Assembly (NCBI GenBank): GCA_048593225.1
Contig: CM109176.1
Span: forward strand, 477,435,429 to 477,499,428
Length of the DNA: 64,000 nt
Reading direction: 5' to 3'
Source: Sarcophilus harrisii
Taxonomy: Eukaryota
Part shown: piece after piece, positions 63,299-64,000 of the stretch
Layout: each line of letters begins with the position of its first letter
Numbering within the stretch: the stretch's first letter is position 1
Notes under the pieces: generated by a model
Told to the model about the DNA's origin: nothing
The model's database searches: none
What the model saw: only the letters and a program-made list of their open reading frames with translations
Made by a program: the position numbers and the translations under genes

Positions 63299-63463
63299 CT
63301 GCAAGTTTTCATTTAAAGCTTTGTCCTGTTGCCACGGTGCTACAGTAGCAGGCATGAAGAAGTTGGCACATCCATGATGAAAACTGAGCTCAGTAATATA
63401 GGTAATTTTGATAAGAACTTTGGCCTGTGGTGGTAAGTTTCCAATACTCACAGTAAAGACACC
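63299..63463 (-). CDS. Internal coding exon, VIT-domain portion of a VIT+VWA protein. It translates GVFTVSIGNLPPQAKVLIKITYITELSFHHGCANFFMPATVAPWQQDKALNENLQ, phase 0 to 0.
   Basis: A minus-strand ORF with acceptor 'tttccatttcag|GG' and donor 'CAG|gtttgt'. The translation aligns to the VWA5A/ITIH VIT core ('VGNLQPGSKAAVTLKYVQELPLE...VLPAVLNPRYQ'). Confidence 0.72.
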
Positions 63464-64000
63464 CTGAAATGGAAACATAATTCACTTTGCAAACCAAAGA
63501 CCTAATCCAAATTCATTATTTAATAATGTTCTACATTAATAATCAATTCAAACAATTAAGACATCATATATAGCTTTGGAAAACACTTCCTAGGAAAATG
63601 GGGACAGTATTTAAGCTTATTTTGAAAATTCAAAATTTTGCAGAGGTTAGTGCTTCTTCACTAATTTAAACTTTGATTCTTCTTTACCTTGGTAAGGGAA
63701 TTATTGTAGCCAAAAAATTCATCACCTCCAATGTAGTGTATAAGTAAGTTTTTCTGAATTTAGACAAGATGACTCTTAGCTAACACAAAGATTATTAATC
63801 TCTGTGCCCCTATATGAAGTATTTCCAGCTTAGTAGGACCTGCCAAAACTTCTCTACCAAATGGCTATATTAATCCTTATTTTAACCTAGATCAAGACCT
63901 TGTTCTGACTGTTAGTGAACTCACTTACTGTATTTTTCTGCTACAGAGAATCTACAGAGAATCTTCACACTCAAGGTTTCCGATCAACCATTGGACAATC

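Noticed and set aside
1-64000. A search for prokaryotic-style systems: operons, defence islands, CRISPR arrays, integrons.
   Set aside because: The sequence is vertebrate nuclear DNA. It has spliced exons with GT/AG introns and LINE, SINE and ERV repeats, with no Shine-Dalgarno or operon organisation. No such system is present. The only novelty is the polyproline-bearing VIT–VWA gene and its nested repeats.

Overview
This window is not prokaryotic. It is AT-rich vertebrate genomic DNA, and the repeat content points to a marsupial (opossum-like) genome. Several copies of the opossum-type tRNA-derived SINE are present, whose consensus reads 'GGGGCAGCTAGGTGGCGCAGTGGATAGAGCACCAGCCC...'. L1 copies have ORF2 C-termini of the marsupial type, for example '[33 protein letters not shown]'. 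MIR- and Mar1-type SINEs are also present. Roughly half the window is interspersed repeats: many L1 fragments, one L2 reverse-transcriptase fragment, tRNA-SINEs, MIR-family elements, a gamma-like ERV provirus with a related solo LTR, and microsatellites. There are no operons, CRISPR arrays, rRNA genes or genuine tRNA genes.

The one real protein-coding locus is a multi-exon gene on the minus strand spanning at least 9.9–63.5 kb. From the sequence I can reconstruct a VIT-domain exon at 63.3 kb, a VWA exon with a MIDAS 'DCSNS' motif at 54.6 kb, and five further exons whose translations align to the VWA5A/ITIH family. The last of these carries the conserved C-terminal 'G-x-W-x-LN-x-L-x-x-IL' motif. 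A 1014-nt internal exon at 17.06–18.08 kb encodes long polyproline tracts as (CCT)n on the minus strand. Splice sites and reading phases are mutually consistent across the chain. The gene looks like a VWA5-type VIT+VWA paralog (VWA5B-like; a PARP4-like alternative is not excluded), with its 5' end beyond the window.

The ERV provirus is nested antisense in one intron. It retains an RT 'YMDD' motif, an integrase core and an env TM immunosuppressive motif, and is itself interrupted by L1 and SINE insertions. Several exons expected between the ones I found, and the terminal exon, could not be located.
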